This document shows, one piece after another, positions 30,142 to 39,334 of a stretch of 64,000 nucleotides of DNA. The position numbers and the translations under genes are program-made. Origin of the DNA: Kiloniellaceae bacterium. GTDB lineage: Bacteria > Pseudomonadota > Alphaproteobacteria > Kiloniellales > J153. The stretch spans positions 7,520 to 71,519 of the forward strand of contig JAJFGP010000021.1 in NCBI GenBank assembly GCA_021776055.1, read 5' to 3'. Under the pieces are notes generated by a model, which ran no database searches, was not told the DNA's origin, and saw only the letters and a program-made list of their open reading frames with translations. Every line of letters begins with the position of its first letter. The first letter of the stretch is position 1.

Positions 30142-31170
30142 ATGAAGCGCATCTTCTCGGGCGTGCAGCCCACCGGCAATCTGCACCTGGGCAACTACCT
30201 GGGGGCGATCCGCAATTTCGTCCCCCTGCAGGACGAATACGACTGCATCTATTGCGTCGTCGATCTGCACGCCATCACCGTCTGGCAGGACCCGGCTGTC
30301 CTCAAGGCCAATACCCGCGAGGTCGCGGCCGCTTATCTGGCCGCCGGGATCGACCCCAAGCGCTGCATCATCTTCAACCAGAGCCAGGTGGCCGCGCACG
30401 CGGAGCTAGCCTGGATATTCAATTGCGTGGCCCGCCTCGGCTGGCTCAACCGCATGACCCAGTTCAAGGAAAAAGCGGGCAAGCACCGGGAAAACGCCAG
30501 CGTCGGCCTGTACGCCTATCCCAGCCTCATGGCCGCCGACATCCTGGCCTATAAGGCCACCCACGTGCCGGTGGGCGAGGATCAGAAGCAGCACCTGGAG
30601 CTAACCCGCGATATCGCGCAGAAGTTCAACAGCGACTTCGGGGTTGCCTACTTCCCGCTGCTGGAGCCGTTGATCCTGGGGACCGCGACACGGGTGATGT
30701 CTCTGCGCGATGGCACAAAAAAGATGAGCAAGTCGGACCCATCCGACTATAGCCGCATTACGATGACCGATGATGCGGATGCCATCGCCAAGAAATTCCG
30801 CAAGGCGACCAGCGATGCCGAGCTCTTGCCCGGCCCCGAGGTACTGGATGATAGCGGCGCGGTGCCCGAGGCGATCCGCCAGGCCCGGCCCGAGGCCTAT
30901 AATCTGCTCGCCATCTACGCGGCTTTGGCGGATAAGCCCATGGCGGACGTGTTGACCGAGTTCGCCGGCGCGCAATTCTCGAAGTTCAAGGGTGCGTTGA
31001 GCGATTTGGCGGTGGCCAGGCTTGGGCCCATCGGGGCGGAGATGAAGCGTTTGAGCGACGATCCCGGCGCGGTGGATGCGGTCCTGCGCGACGGTGCCCA
31101 GCGCGCCCGCGCCATCGCCGAGCCGATCCTGGCCGAAGTCTATGACATCGTCGGGTTCCTTCGCCCATAA
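30142..31170 (+). CDS. trpS: Tryptophan--tRNA ligase
   Basis: Class I synthetase motifs ([15 protein letters not shown] as the HIGH region, and KMSKS) with a TrpRS-typical length of 342 aa. Confidence 0.96.
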   Translation: MKRIFSGVQPTGNLHLGNYLGAIRNFVPLQDEYDCIYCVVDLHAITVWQDPAVLKANTREVAAAYLAAGIDPKRCIIFNQSQVAAHAELAWIFNCVARLGWLNRMTQFKEKAGKHRENASVGLYAYPSLMAADILAYKATHVPVGEDQKQHLELTRDIAQKFNSDFGVAYFPLLEPLILGTATRVMSLRDGTKKMSKSDPSDYSRITMTDDADAIAKKFRKATSDAELLPGPEVLDDSGAVPEAIRQARPEAYNLLAIYAALADKPMADVLTEFAGAQFSKFKGALSDLAVARLGPIGAEMKRLSDDPGAVDAVLRDGAQRARAIAEPILAEVYDIVGFLRP

Positions 31171-31320
31171 ATTTTCGCTATCCCGTAGAAAAGCACGGGA
31201 AAATCGCCAACGGGGCGTTGGCGGTGCCGGGAATCGGCGCTAAGGTGCGCGCCCAACGTGTCGAGGCCGGCTTTCATTATGCCGTGATGCCTTTGCGCCG
31301 AACATTCTAGTCTCCGGGCG

Positions 31321-32235
31321 ATGCAGATCTACCTGCCCATTGCTGAGATGTCGGTCAACGTCTTCCTGCTGCTCGGCATGGGCGGAGGGGTTGGGTTTCT
31401 CTCGGGCTTATTCGGGGTCGGCGGCGGTTTCCTGATGACGCCGCTGCTCATCTTTATCGGCGTGCCGCCGGCGGTGGCGGTCGGGACCGAGGCGAACCAG
31501 ATCGTCGCCTCCTCGGTCTCGGGCGTGCTGGCGCACTGGGGCCGCGGCAACGTCGACTTCAAGATGGGGTTCGTACTGCTGTTGGGCGGCTTTGTCGGCT
31601 CGACCTTGGGCGTCCTGTTGTTCTCGTTCCTGCGCGAGGTCGGGCAGATCGACCTGGTGATCTCACTCTCCTATGTCGTCTTTTTGGGCATCATCGGGGC
31701 GCTGATGTTCTCCGAGGGGGTGCGCACCATGCGCCGCCGCAAGTCGGCCCCGACCCAGCGCCGCAAGCTGCATCAGCACACCTGGATTCACGGCTTGCCG
31801 CTGAAGATGCGCTTTCGCCGTTCGAAGCTCTACATCTCGGCGCTGATGCCGCTTTCCATCGGCTTTCTGGTCGGTGTGCTCTCGGCCATCATGGGTGTCG
31901 GCGGCGGCTTCATCATGGTGCCGGCGATGATCTATCTGCTTGGCATGCCAACCTCGGTGGTCATCGGCACCTCGCTGTTTCAAATTATTTTCGTTACCGC
32001 CAACGTTACGTTCCTGCAGGCCTATGCCAACCAGACCGTCGATGTGGTGCTTGCCTTGCTGTTGCTTACCGGGGCGGTGATCGGTGCTCAGTTCGGGGCC
32101 CGCGCCGGGGCCCGCCTGCAGGGCGAGGAACTTCGGGTTCTCCTCGCCCTCATGGTCCTCGCGGTATGTGCCAAGCTGTTCTATGATTTGCTGATCACAC
32201 CCGGCGATCTTTACTCCCTCGGGATTACGCGATGA
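31321..32235 (+). CDS. TSUP (TauE/SafE) family anion exporter-like membrane protein
   Basis: An internally duplicated 4+4 TM protein with GVGGGFLMTPLL and GVGGGFIMVPAM motifs characteristic of the TauE/SafE family. Confidence 0.8.
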   Translation: MQIYLPIAEMSVNVFLLLGMGGGVGFLSGLFGVGGGFLMTPLLIFIGVPPAVAVGTEANQIVASSVSGVLAHWGRGNVDFKMGFVLLLGGFVGSTLGVLLFSFLREVGQIDLVISLSYVVFLGIIGALMFSEGVRTMRRRKSAPTQRRKLHQHTWIHGLPLKMRFRRSKLYISALMPLSIGFLVGVLSAIMGVGGGFIMVPAMIYLLGMPTSVVIGTSLFQIIFVTANVTFLQAYANQTVDVVLALLLLTGAVIGAQFGARAGARLQGEELRVLLALMVLAVCAKLFYDLLITPGDLYSLGITR

Positions 32236-32981
32236 ACCGCCGTTTTGTCCGCTTTGCCGTTCTGTCGGTTGCGGTCCTGACGCTCTCCGCGTCAAGCCGG
32301 GCGGATACGTTGGTTGCCGATCTGTCGCAACATCTGGTGGGGATCACAACGGGCTTTGCCGGCGCCGATGTGTTGCTTTTCGGCGCGGTGGAGGGGCATG
32401 GCGACGTGGTGGTCATTACCCGCGGACCGGAGCGGCCGGCGGTCATGCACCGCAAAAGCCGTATCCTCGGCGTGTGGGTCAATACGGCGTCGATGACCTT
32501 CGACCGGGTGCCAAGTTTCTACGGGGTCGCTAGCTCGCGCCCCTTGGAGGAGATCGCGCCGGCCACGGTCCTCGCGCGCCATGAGATGGGCGTCGAGCGG
32601 CTGCGCCTGGCGCTTGCCCGGGCCAAGGCCTCGCCGAATGTCGCGGCGGAATGGCGCGATGGCTTGCTGCGTAATTTTCAACGCGCCGGCCTGTATGCCA
32701 ATTCCGTGCGCAACGTGACGTTTCTCGGCAACCGCCTGTTTCGCACGCGCATTAGTTTGCCCGCGAACGTGCCGACGGGAATTTACCAGGTGCAGGTCTT
32801 TTTGCTCGTAGAGGGCCGCGTCGTCTCCGCGCAAACCACGCCCTTGAGCGTCAGCAAGATCGGCGGTGAAGCCGTGGTCTACGATTTCGCCTACGCGCAA
32901 CCGGCGATCTACGGCCTGATTGCGATTGCCCTGGCATTGGTGGCAGGATGGCTGGCCCATTTGGCCTTCCGGAAAGCGTAG
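32232..32981 (+). CDS. Alph_Pro_TM (TIGR02186-like) protein: signal peptide, large periplasmic domain, single C-terminal TM
   Basis: Signal peptide, then LVADLSQHLVGITTGFAGADVLLFGA..., and a C-terminal TM (IYGLIAIALALVAGWLAHLAF). The start overlaps the TSUP stop by 4 nt. The family call is from memory. Confidence 0.6.
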   Translation: MNRRFVRFAVLSVAVLTLSASSRADTLVADLSQHLVGITTGFAGADVLLFGAVEGHGDVVVITRGPERPAVMHRKSRILGVWVNTASMTFDRVPSFYGVASSRPLEEIAPATVLARHEMGVERLRLALARAKASPNVAAEWRDGLLRNFQRAGLYANSVRNVTFLGNRLFRTRISLPANVPTGIYQVQVFLLVEGRVVSAQTTPLSVSKIGGEAVVYDFAYAQPAIYGLIAIALALVAGWLAHLAFRKA

Positions 32982-32988
32982 TACCGCG

Positions 32989-33489
32989 ATGAGCGATAGC
33001 GACGAGGCAACGACCCCCGCTGATACGAGCGACCGTGTTTTCCTGGTCGTCGTGGACGAGACTGAGGAGATGAACGTCGCGCTGCGTTTCGCTTGCCGGC
33101 GGGCGCGCAATACCGGCGGCCGGGTCGCCCTGCTCTATGTGATCGAGCCGTCGGATTTCCAGCACTGGCGTGCGGTCGAGGAATTAATGCGCGAAGAGGC
33201 CCGCAGCGAGGGCGAGCAGCTCTTGCAGCGCCTGGCGGCCCAGGTCAACGACCAGGTGGGCGCCATCCCTATTCTGTACGTGCGCGAGGGGAAGGTCGCC
33301 GACGAGCTCTTCAAGCTTCTGGACGAGGAGCCGCAGATTTCCATCCTGGTGCTCGGGGCCAATACGGGCACGCGCGGACCCGGACCCCTGGTTTCGGCGT
33401 TATCCGGAAAAATGGTCGGAAAACTGCGGGTTCCCTTGACCCTGGTGCCGGGCAATCTCGGTGACGAGGCCATCGATAGCATCAGCTAA
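32989..33489 (+). CDS. Universal stress protein (UspA) family protein
   Basis: About 166 aa with the Usp fold pattern (VFLVVVDETEE...ALRFA..., ILVLGANTGTRGPGPLVS, VPLTLVPG). ATG 32989 is chosen over the overlapping longer ORF. Confidence 0.7.
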   Translation: MSDSDEATTPADTSDRVFLVVVDETEEMNVALRFACRRARNTGGRVALLYVIEPSDFQHWRAVEELMREEARSEGEQLLQRLAAQVNDQVGAIPILYVREGKVADELFKLLDEEPQISILVLGANTGTRGPGPLVSALSGKMVGKLRVPLTLVPGNLGDEAIDSIS

Positions 33490-33587
33490 GCCCGACTTGA
33501 AGTTACCGTCTAAACCTCTCACATTAGAGGTCTGGCGCCACCGCCCCTGGGCGGTGGCCACCCAATTACCCAGGAGGGCGGAATACG

Positions 33588-34148
33588 GTGTTTATTCAAA
33601 CGGAACAGACGCCAAATCCGGCGACCTTGAAGTTCCTGCCGGGCCGCGAGGTTCTGGGCACGGGCACGGCCGATTTTCCCAATCCCGAGGCGGCGGCTAA
33701 TTCGCCCCTGGCGCAGCGCTTGTTTGCCATCCAGGGGATAAGCGGCATCTTCCTGGGCGCCGATTTCGTCACTGTCGCCAAGGCTGACGACCGCGAATGG
33801 CACCTGCTCAAGCCGGCCATTCTCGGCGTTATCATGGAGCATTTCACCTCTGGCCGGCCGGTTCTGACGGCACCCGCCGCGGCAGCCGAAGAGGCGGCGG
33901 TGGCCGCGGAGGATCAGGAGGTCGTCGCTCAGATCAAGGAGCTTCTCGATACCCGGGTCCGCCCGGCAGTGGCCCAAGATGGCGGCGATATCGTCTTCCA
34001 GGGTTATGATAAGGGCGTGGTTTTCCTGCACATGCAGGGGGCGTGCGCTGGCTGCCCGTCCTCGACGGCGACCTTGAAAATGGGCATCGAGAACATGCTG
34101 CGCCACTATATTCCGGAAGTCGTCGAGGTTCGCGCCGCCGCCCAATAA
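33588..34148 (+). CDS. NifU/Nfu-family Fe-S cluster assembly protein (Nfu_N + NifU C-terminal domain)
   Basis: N-terminus FIQTEQTPNPATLKFLPG (Nfu_N) and a C-terminal domain with the CxxC motif (LHMQGACAGCPSSTATLK). Confidence 0.9.
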   Translation: MFIQTEQTPNPATLKFLPGREVLGTGTADFPNPEAAANSPLAQRLFAIQGISGIFLGADFVTVAKADDREWHLLKPAILGVIMEHFTSGRPVLTAPAAAAEEAAVAAEDQEVVAQIKELLDTRVRPAVAQDGGDIVFQGYDKGVVFLHMQGACAGCPSSTATLKMGIENMLRHYIPEVVEVRAAAQ

Positions 34149-34160
34149 GGGCGATACCGT

Positions 34161-35255
34161 TTACGGCAGCATATAAAACTGAGTTCCAAACCAGCGCCAG
34201 CGGCCCTCGGGCCCTGGCATGGTGCAGTTAATGCGTGCCCGTCCCGGTTTCAGAGGTTGGGTAAGGCGTATCTCGATGCGCCGCTCGCCGAGGCGATCGA
34301 GACTGCTTTCGCCGGTGCTGGCGAAGCAATTCAGGGACTTAACGCCCGAAACACTTTCATCGACCGTAAAGCCAAAGGACGGCGGGTTGCTCGCTGTGCG
34401 CACCAGGGTATCGGCAGGCGTTACATCGCGCACCGGCAACGGCAAGGAGTTTACGGCCAGGCGAAAGCGGTCCATATCGCCGTAGGTCTCGTTGAAAGGA
34501 TAACGCGGCAGGGCAAAGCGGTCGCCGCTGCGGGCAATGGCGCCCGATTGCTGACCGAAGGCGGCGGTAACGCCGGTTTGGGCGACAATATTGCGCAAGG
34601 CGATGCCATATTCACCGTAGGGATAGGCGAAGATCGTCGGCGTTTTGCCGAATTCTTCCTGAAAGCGGCTGGCGCCTGCGACCAATTCGGCCCGCGTTGC
34701 CTCGGCCGACTGGGCCACCATATGCCCGTGGTCGACCCCGTGTTGACCCAAGGTTACGCCGCCGCCCGCGACCATCTCGCGTATCTGGTCCCACGTCATA
34801 TACCCGCGCAGGCCCCGGTCGATGGCGCCGGTGGCGATGAACAGCGTGAAGGGAAGGTTCGCGGCGCGCAGGCGCGGCCAAGCCTCGGTATAGACCGAGA
34901 CAAAGGCGTCATCGATGGTAATGCCCACCGCTCGCTTTGGCAGCGGCTTGTTTTCGTTTAGCGCGGCAACGATCTCCGGTACCGGCAGGACTGTATAGGG
35001 ACCGGAGGTTAGCTCGGCGATGTGCGCCTCGAATTGATCGAGGCGGACGTTGGTCGATGGCAAATCCGTTTCGCCGAAGCGGTGATACATGATAACGACC
35101 GCGCCGTTATCGACGGGGACATCGGCGATAGCCGGATCAATCGCTCCGATGGTAAGCAATCCGGCCAAAATGCCCATACCAACGAAACGTCGCACCGCCT
35201 CGGCGCTGCCACCGGACGGACCGGATATCATCTCTGATTGCACACACGTCCCCAC
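34161..35255 (-). CDS. Polysaccharide deacetylase (NodB homology) family protein, secreted
   Basis: An N-terminal signal-like segment, then IMYHRFGE..., TIDDAF (the NodB TFDD-type motif) and HGVDHGHM. The start is uncertain. Confidence 0.75.
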   Translation of the reverse strand: MGTCVQSEMISGPSGGSAEAVRRFVGMGILAGLLTIGAIDPAIADVPVDNGAVVIMYHRFGETDLPSTNVRLDQFEAHIAELTSGPYTVLPVPEIVAALNENKPLPKRAVGITIDDAFVSVYTEAWPRLRAANLPFTLFIATGAIDRGLRGYMTWDQIREMVAGGGVTLGQHGVDHGHMVAQSAEATRAELVAGASRFQEEFGKTPTIFAYPYGEYGIALRNIVAQTGVTAAFGQQSGAIARSGDRFALPRYPFNETYGDMDRFRLAVNSLPLPVRDVTPADTLVRTASNPPSFGFTVDESVSGVKSLNCFASTGESSLDRLGERRIEIRLTQPLKPGRARINCTMPGPEGRWRWFGTQFYMLP

Positions 35256-35376
35256 GATCGTCTGCTCCCCCCCTTGTCATGCTCTTGCAGTCCTGGGAGT
35301 CTATCTCCGTCGGGGGCCATGGCTCAAGGCGCCTTTGGCCGGTGGCGACCGGCAGGTAACACAAGGAACCATCACC

Positions 35377-35967
35377 GTGAGCAAAATTCTCAGCGATGCC
35401 GCGTTGGAGACGATCTTTCGCGCGGCCCGAACGCACCGGGCCTGGCAAGACGAGGAGGTAAGCGATGTCCTCCTGCAAGCGGTTTACGATCTGGCCAAGA
35501 TGGCGCCGACCAGCGCCAATTGCTCGCCTATGCGGCTGGTGTTCCTGAAATCGCCGGAAGCCAAGGCGCGGCTGCAGCCGGCTCTCGATGGGGGCAACGT
35601 GGCGGCAACTCTGGCGGCGCCGGTCACCGTGATCGTCGCCCATGACTTGGCGTTCTATGACCAGCTGCCGCGTTTGGCCCCGCATGTGGACGCACGGGCC
35701 TGGTTCGTCGGCAACGACGAATTGATTCGGGCCACCGCTTTTCGTAATGGCAGCCTGCAAGGCGCCTATCTGATCATCGCGGCGCGGGCTCTTGGCCTGG
35801 ATTGTGGGCCCATGAGCGGCTTCGATAACGCCAAGGTCGATGGCGAGTTCTTTCCCGACGGGACGGTCAAGTCCAACTTTTTGTGCAACCTCGGTTATGG
35901 GGATGTGGAAAAGGTGCATTCGCGCGCACCCCGCTTCGAATTCGACGATGTGTGTCAGGTTCTCTAG
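35377..35967 (+). CDS. Nitroreductase-family protein (malonic semialdehyde reductase RutE-like)
   Basis: SDAALETIFRAARTHRAWQD...MAPTSANCSPMRLVF...GPMSGFD is typical of this nitroreductase subfamily. GTG 35377 has AAGGAA 8-13 nt upstream. The longer ORF-track start at 35089 overlaps the divergent gene. Confidence 0.75.
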   Translation: MSKILSDAALETIFRAARTHRAWQDEEVSDVLLQAVYDLAKMAPTSANCSPMRLVFLKSPEAKARLQPALDGGNVAATLAAPVTVIVAHDLAFYDQLPRLAPHVDARAWFVGNDELIRATAFRNGSLQGAYLIIAARALGLDCGPMSGFDNAKVDGEFFPDGTVKSNFLCNLGYGDVEKVHSRAPRFEFDDVCQVL

Positions 35968-35984
35968 GCAGCGAGCATAGGGAC

Positions 35985-36689
35985 GTGGAGCAGGTTCGCT
36001 GTTTGCTGGCTTTGGAGGCGGCGGGTGCGGCGTGCTCCGCGGCCCTCTGGCGCGACGGCCGTATCATAGCGCATCGCTTTGCCCCCATGCGCCGCGGCCA
36101 GTCGGAACATCTGGTGCCGATGATCGAGGATGTGATGGGCGCCGCCGATACGGCCTATGACAGTCTGGATGCCCTGGCGGTTACCGTCGGGCCGGGCGGG
36201 TTTACCGGTGTGCGCATTGGTCTGGCCACGGCCCGTGGGTTGGCCCTGGCCTTGCACCGGCCGCTTATCGGCATCAGCAATTTCGAGTCGGTAGCGGCCG
36301 CTGTGCCGGCAAGTGAACACACCGGGCGAATACTTGTCGCGGTCCTCGAGAGCAAACGCCGCGAGCTTTACGTTCAGGCCTTCGCGCCGTCCGGTGACGA
36401 TGAGTTGCGGCCCTTGGCGCCAGGGGCCGCCGTGCCCCCGGATGAATTGGATGCCTGGCTTCCGGCCGGCCCGGTGACCTTAGCCGGCGATGCGGCGCCG
36501 GCGGCCATGGCGGCTTTGCAAGCGGCGCAACGGGACGCCTATCCCGCCAGCTCTCCCGGTTTAGCCGATGCCGTGCAGGTGGCCACCCTGGCGGCGGCGC
36601 GGCCCTTGCCGCTGCCGGGCTCGGATATGCCGCAACCGCTTTATTTGCGTGCGCCGGATGTAACGCCGGCACCGACAGGAGTGCCATGA
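35985..36689 (+). CDS. tsaB: tRNA t6A37 biosynthesis protein TsaB (YeaZ)
   Basis: LLALEAAGAACSAALW..., and GPGGFTGVRIGLATARGLA is the TsaB/Kae1-fold signature. It is followed by rimI with a 4-nt overlap. The start (GTG 35985) is approximate. Confidence 0.85.
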   Translation: MEQVRCLLALEAAGAACSAALWRDGRIIAHRFAPMRRGQSEHLVPMIEDVMGAADTAYDSLDALAVTVGPGGFTGVRIGLATARGLALALHRPLIGISNFESVAAAVPASEHTGRILVAVLESKRRELYVQAFAPSGDDELRPLAPGAAVPPDELDAWLPAGPVTLAGDAAPAAMAALQAAQRDAYPASSPGLADAVQVATLAAARPLPLPGSDMPQPLYLRAPDVTPAPTGVP

Positions 36690-37207
36690 GCCCGAATCAT
36701 GCGGTCGAGGCCGCCGGCGGTTTCGTGGTGCGACCGGCGAATCCGTTCGATGTTCCGCTGATCGCCGCCCTGCACGCGGATAGCTTCACCGGCGATCTGG
36801 CCGGTCAAGTGTGGGGCGAAACGGCGGTGGCGGAAGTGCTTTCCATGCCAGGAGCTTACGGGCTTCTTGCCGGACCCAGTGAGGACCACGCGGCGGCTGG
36901 ATATGCCGCGCCGGCCGGCTTCTTGCTTGGCTGTAACGTGGCCGATTCTGGTGAGATCCTCTCGCTTGGCACGTCTCGCGCTTGGCGCCGGCGGGGAGTC
37001 GCCCGAACCCTCTTACATGCCGCGTTCGGGCGGGCCGAGGCGGCAGGCCTACAACGCCTTCTTCTCGAGGTCGCCGAGGACAACGATGCGGCGCGTGAGC
37101 TTTATGCCAGCGTTGGCTTTGCGAACCTTGCCCGCCGCCCGGCCTATTACCGGCGCACCGACGGGCCGGCGGCCAGCGCGCTGGTCTTGGCGTATAGTCT
37201 TAGTTGA
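36686..37207 (+). CDS. rimI: Ribosomal-protein-alanine N-acetyltransferase RimI (GNAT)
   Basis: GNAT acetyl-CoA motif (RRRGVARTLL) and the conserved tsaB-rimI pairing. Confidence 0.8.
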   Translation: MSPNHAVEAAGGFVVRPANPFDVPLIAALHADSFTGDLAGQVWGETAVAEVLSMPGAYGLLAGPSEDHAAAGYAAPAGFLLGCNVADSGEILSLGTSRAWRRRGVARTLLHAAFGRAEAAGLQRLLLEVAEDNDAARELYASVGFANLARRPAYYRRTDGPAASALVLAYSLS

Positions 37208-37463
37208 GCGACGGGCTCGGCTGAGCGATTGGCGGTGACGGGCGTCATTTTACAAAGACAATGTTGGTCAAATCACCCTTCAAGTGGCCTCTATTGGTGA
37301 TTAGGCTGCAAAAATTATGAATTACCCGGTCCAGAAGGAGGTATTTTGCCGTAAAGGGGTTCAGAAGTGTACGACTACTAGGTCTGAGCAATATTATTGT
37401 TGCTATGCCGAGGTTGAGTACTTATAAGAATGCCCTGATGAACAAAACGGACAAGAAACGGCG

Positions 37464-37880
37464 ATGACCGAGCAAGCTAAACCCAGCGAATTGCTGGCCT
37501 TAACAACCAACATCGTTGCGGCGCATGTAGCTAACAACTCGGTGGCGGTTGCGGATTTACCGAAATTGATTCGGGATGTGCACGATACACTATCAAGTGT
37601 TGGCGGCGGCGGCTCGCGCGAGCCGGAGCGCCCGACCCCGGCGGTGCCCATCAAAAAGTCGGTGACGCCGGACCATATTGTTTGTCTCGAGGACGGCAAG
37701 AAGCTGAAGATGCTCAAGCGGCATCTCAAGACGGCCTACAATATGACGCCGGAGGAATATCGCGAGCGCTGGGGCTTGGCCGCCGATTATCCCATGGTGG
37801 CGCCGAATTACGCGAAGCAGCGCAGCAGGTTGGCGAAACAAATCGGTCTGGGTACACGGGCGCGGCGCAAGAAGGCGTAA
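37464..37880 (+). CDS. mucR: MucR/Ros family zinc-finger transcriptional regulator
   Basis: LTTNIVAAHVANN... N-terminal oligomerisation region, and the diagnostic C-terminal block PDHIVCLEDGKKLKMLKRHLKTAYNMTPEEYRERWGL..DYPMVAPNYAKQRS. Confidence 0.95.
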   Translation: MTEQAKPSELLALTTNIVAAHVANNSVAVADLPKLIRDVHDTLSSVGGGGSREPERPTPAVPIKKSVTPDHIVCLEDGKKLKMLKRHLKTAYNMTPEEYRERWGLAADYPMVAPNYAKQRSRLAKQIGLGTRARRKKA

Positions 37881-37995
37881 GCCTCCCGTATTACCGTTGA
37901 TTTCCGAAGCGCGATCCCCGGCACGTTCCGTATTAGGCGACGGCTGCCCGATCGGCTATACTTTCCAGCAATGATAGTTTCCCATCCGCGGAGAC

Positions 37996-38475
37996 ATGGC
38001 CTCGCAACTCGAACGGCGCTGCAGGGAGAAAGGGCTGAAGATGACCGGCCAGAGGCGGGTCATCGCCCAGGTTCTGTCGGACTCCGACGATCATCCGGAT
38101 GTGGAAAAGCTGCACCAACGTGCCAGCGAAGTCGATCCGCGAATCTCGATTGCCACCGTCTACCGAACGGTCAAGCTCTTCGAACAGGCCGACATTTTAA
38201 CCCGGCACGACTTTGGCGACGGGCGCGCGCGATACGAGGCTGTCCCACCGGAGCATCACGATCACTTGATCGATATCGATTCGGGACAAGTCATCGAGTT
38301 TCGCGACGATGAGATCGAGCGCCTGCAGCGAGAGGCGGCACTGGCGCTGGGGTATCGACTTGTCGGACACCGTTTGGAGTTGTTCGGCGTGCGTGTCGGG
38401 ACTGGTAAGATCAAGACAGCAGGGCGCACCCGCGGTAACGGGAACGGCTCGTCAAGCGGCGGCGAGCCGGGATAA
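37996..38475 (+). CDS. fur: Fur-family metalloregulator (Fur/Mur type, without a C-terminal Cys cluster)
   Basis: GLKMTGQRRVI...ISIATVYRTVKLFEQADIL...HHDHLIDIDSGQVIEF is the Fur-family DNA-binding and metal-site pattern. The metal specificity cannot be told from sequence. Confidence 0.85.
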   Translation: MASQLERRCREKGLKMTGQRRVIAQVLSDSDDHPDVEKLHQRASEVDPRISIATVYRTVKLFEQADILTRHDFGDGRARYEAVPPEHHDHLIDIDSGQVIEFRDDEIERLQREAALALGYRLVGHRLELFGVRVGTGKIKTAGRTRGNGNGSSSGGEPG

Positions 38476-38519
38476 GATTGCGGCGCGTTACCAATCGCCC
38501 GTAAGGAGAGAGCACCGCC

Positions 38520-39329
38520 ATGGCAGTACTCGATGTGAACCGGGATAGACTGGTCGACGTCAGCGCCGGTGATTTGCGTCTCCGCCTAGCGGAGACGGCA
38601 GCGGAGATCGAGGCCGCGCAAGGCCTGCGGTACCGTGTCTTCTACGAGGCCATGGCCGCTCAGCCGACGCCGGAAATGGCTGCTGTGCGCCGTGATTTCG
38701 ACTCCTTCGACGATTACTGCGACCATCTTCTGGTTTTCGATTCACAACGTGGCGATGGGCCGGAGGCGGTCATCGGTACCTACCGGGTGATGCGCCGCTC
38801 GGCGGCGGCGGAGCGTGGGCAGTTTTATTCCGCCGACGAATACGACATATCCAACCTACTCACGTTTCCGGGCGAGATATTGGAACTCGGCCGCTCGTGC
38901 ATCGATGCGGACTATCGTACCGGCACCACCATGCAGCTGCTTTGGCGGGGTATCGCCGAATACGTTTTGGCCCACAATATCGAGCTGATGTTTGGCTGCG
39001 CTAGTTTGCCGGGCACCGATCCCGAGCGGTTGGCCATGCCGTTGGCGTATCTGTACCACCATCATTTGGCCCCGCCGGCGCTGCGGCCGTGGGCGGTACC
39101 CGATCGCTATGTAGCGATGAACCGCATCCCGCCGGATGGGATTGTGCCGCGCCGGGCCTTGCAGATGCTGCCGCCTCTTATCAAGGGTTACCTGCGCCTC
39201 GGCGGTTTCGTCGGCGAGGGCGCGGTGATCGACCCCGAGTTCGGCACCACGGATGTGTGTGTCGTGGTCAAAACCGAATGGGTCACCGAGCGCTACTATC
39301 GTCACTATACGCGTGAGGGTGCGACCTGA
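38520..39329 (+). CDS. olsB: GNAT-type N-acyltransferase, ornithine lipid synthase OlsB-like
   Basis: LRLAETAAEIEAAQGLRYRVFYEEM-type N-terminus and the ELGRSCI motif of the OlsB/hemolysin-like acyltransferase family. An OlsA-like acyltransferase follows immediately. Confidence 0.7.
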   Translation: MAVLDVNRDRLVDVSAGDLRLRLAETAAEIEAAQGLRYRVFYEAMAAQPTPEMAAVRRDFDSFDDYCDHLLVFDSQRGDGPEAVIGTYRVMRRSAAAERGQFYSADEYDISNLLTFPGEILELGRSCIDADYRTGTTMQLLWRGIAEYVLAHNIELMFGCASLPGTDPERLAMPLAYLYHHHLAPPALRPWAVPDRYVAMNRIPPDGIVPRRALQMLPPLIKGYLRLGGFVGEGAVIDPEFGTTDVCVVVKTEWVTERYYRHYTREGAT

Positions 39330-39334
39330 TTCCG

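Noticed and set aside
31171-31320. Hairpins after trpS (CCCGT...ACGGG at about 31183-31200 and CGCCAAC-GGGG-GTTGGCG at about 31204-31221), and a GAACATTCTAG string resembling half an ICE box upstream of the TSUP gene.
   Set aside because: Neither hairpin has a U-tract on either strand, so they are weak terminators at best. The ICE-like string has the wrong spacing (N2) and no left arm.
37317-37427. A 36-codon Cys-rich small ORF (MNYPVQKEVFCRKGVQKCTTTRSEQYYCCYAEVEYL) in the AT-rich spacer upstream of mucR.
   Set aside because: There is no Shine-Dalgarno sequence before the ATG, and the codon usage is unlike the genome's. An AT-rich regulatory spacer is expected to contain random ATG...TAA frames. 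It would need Ribo-seq or conservation evidence.
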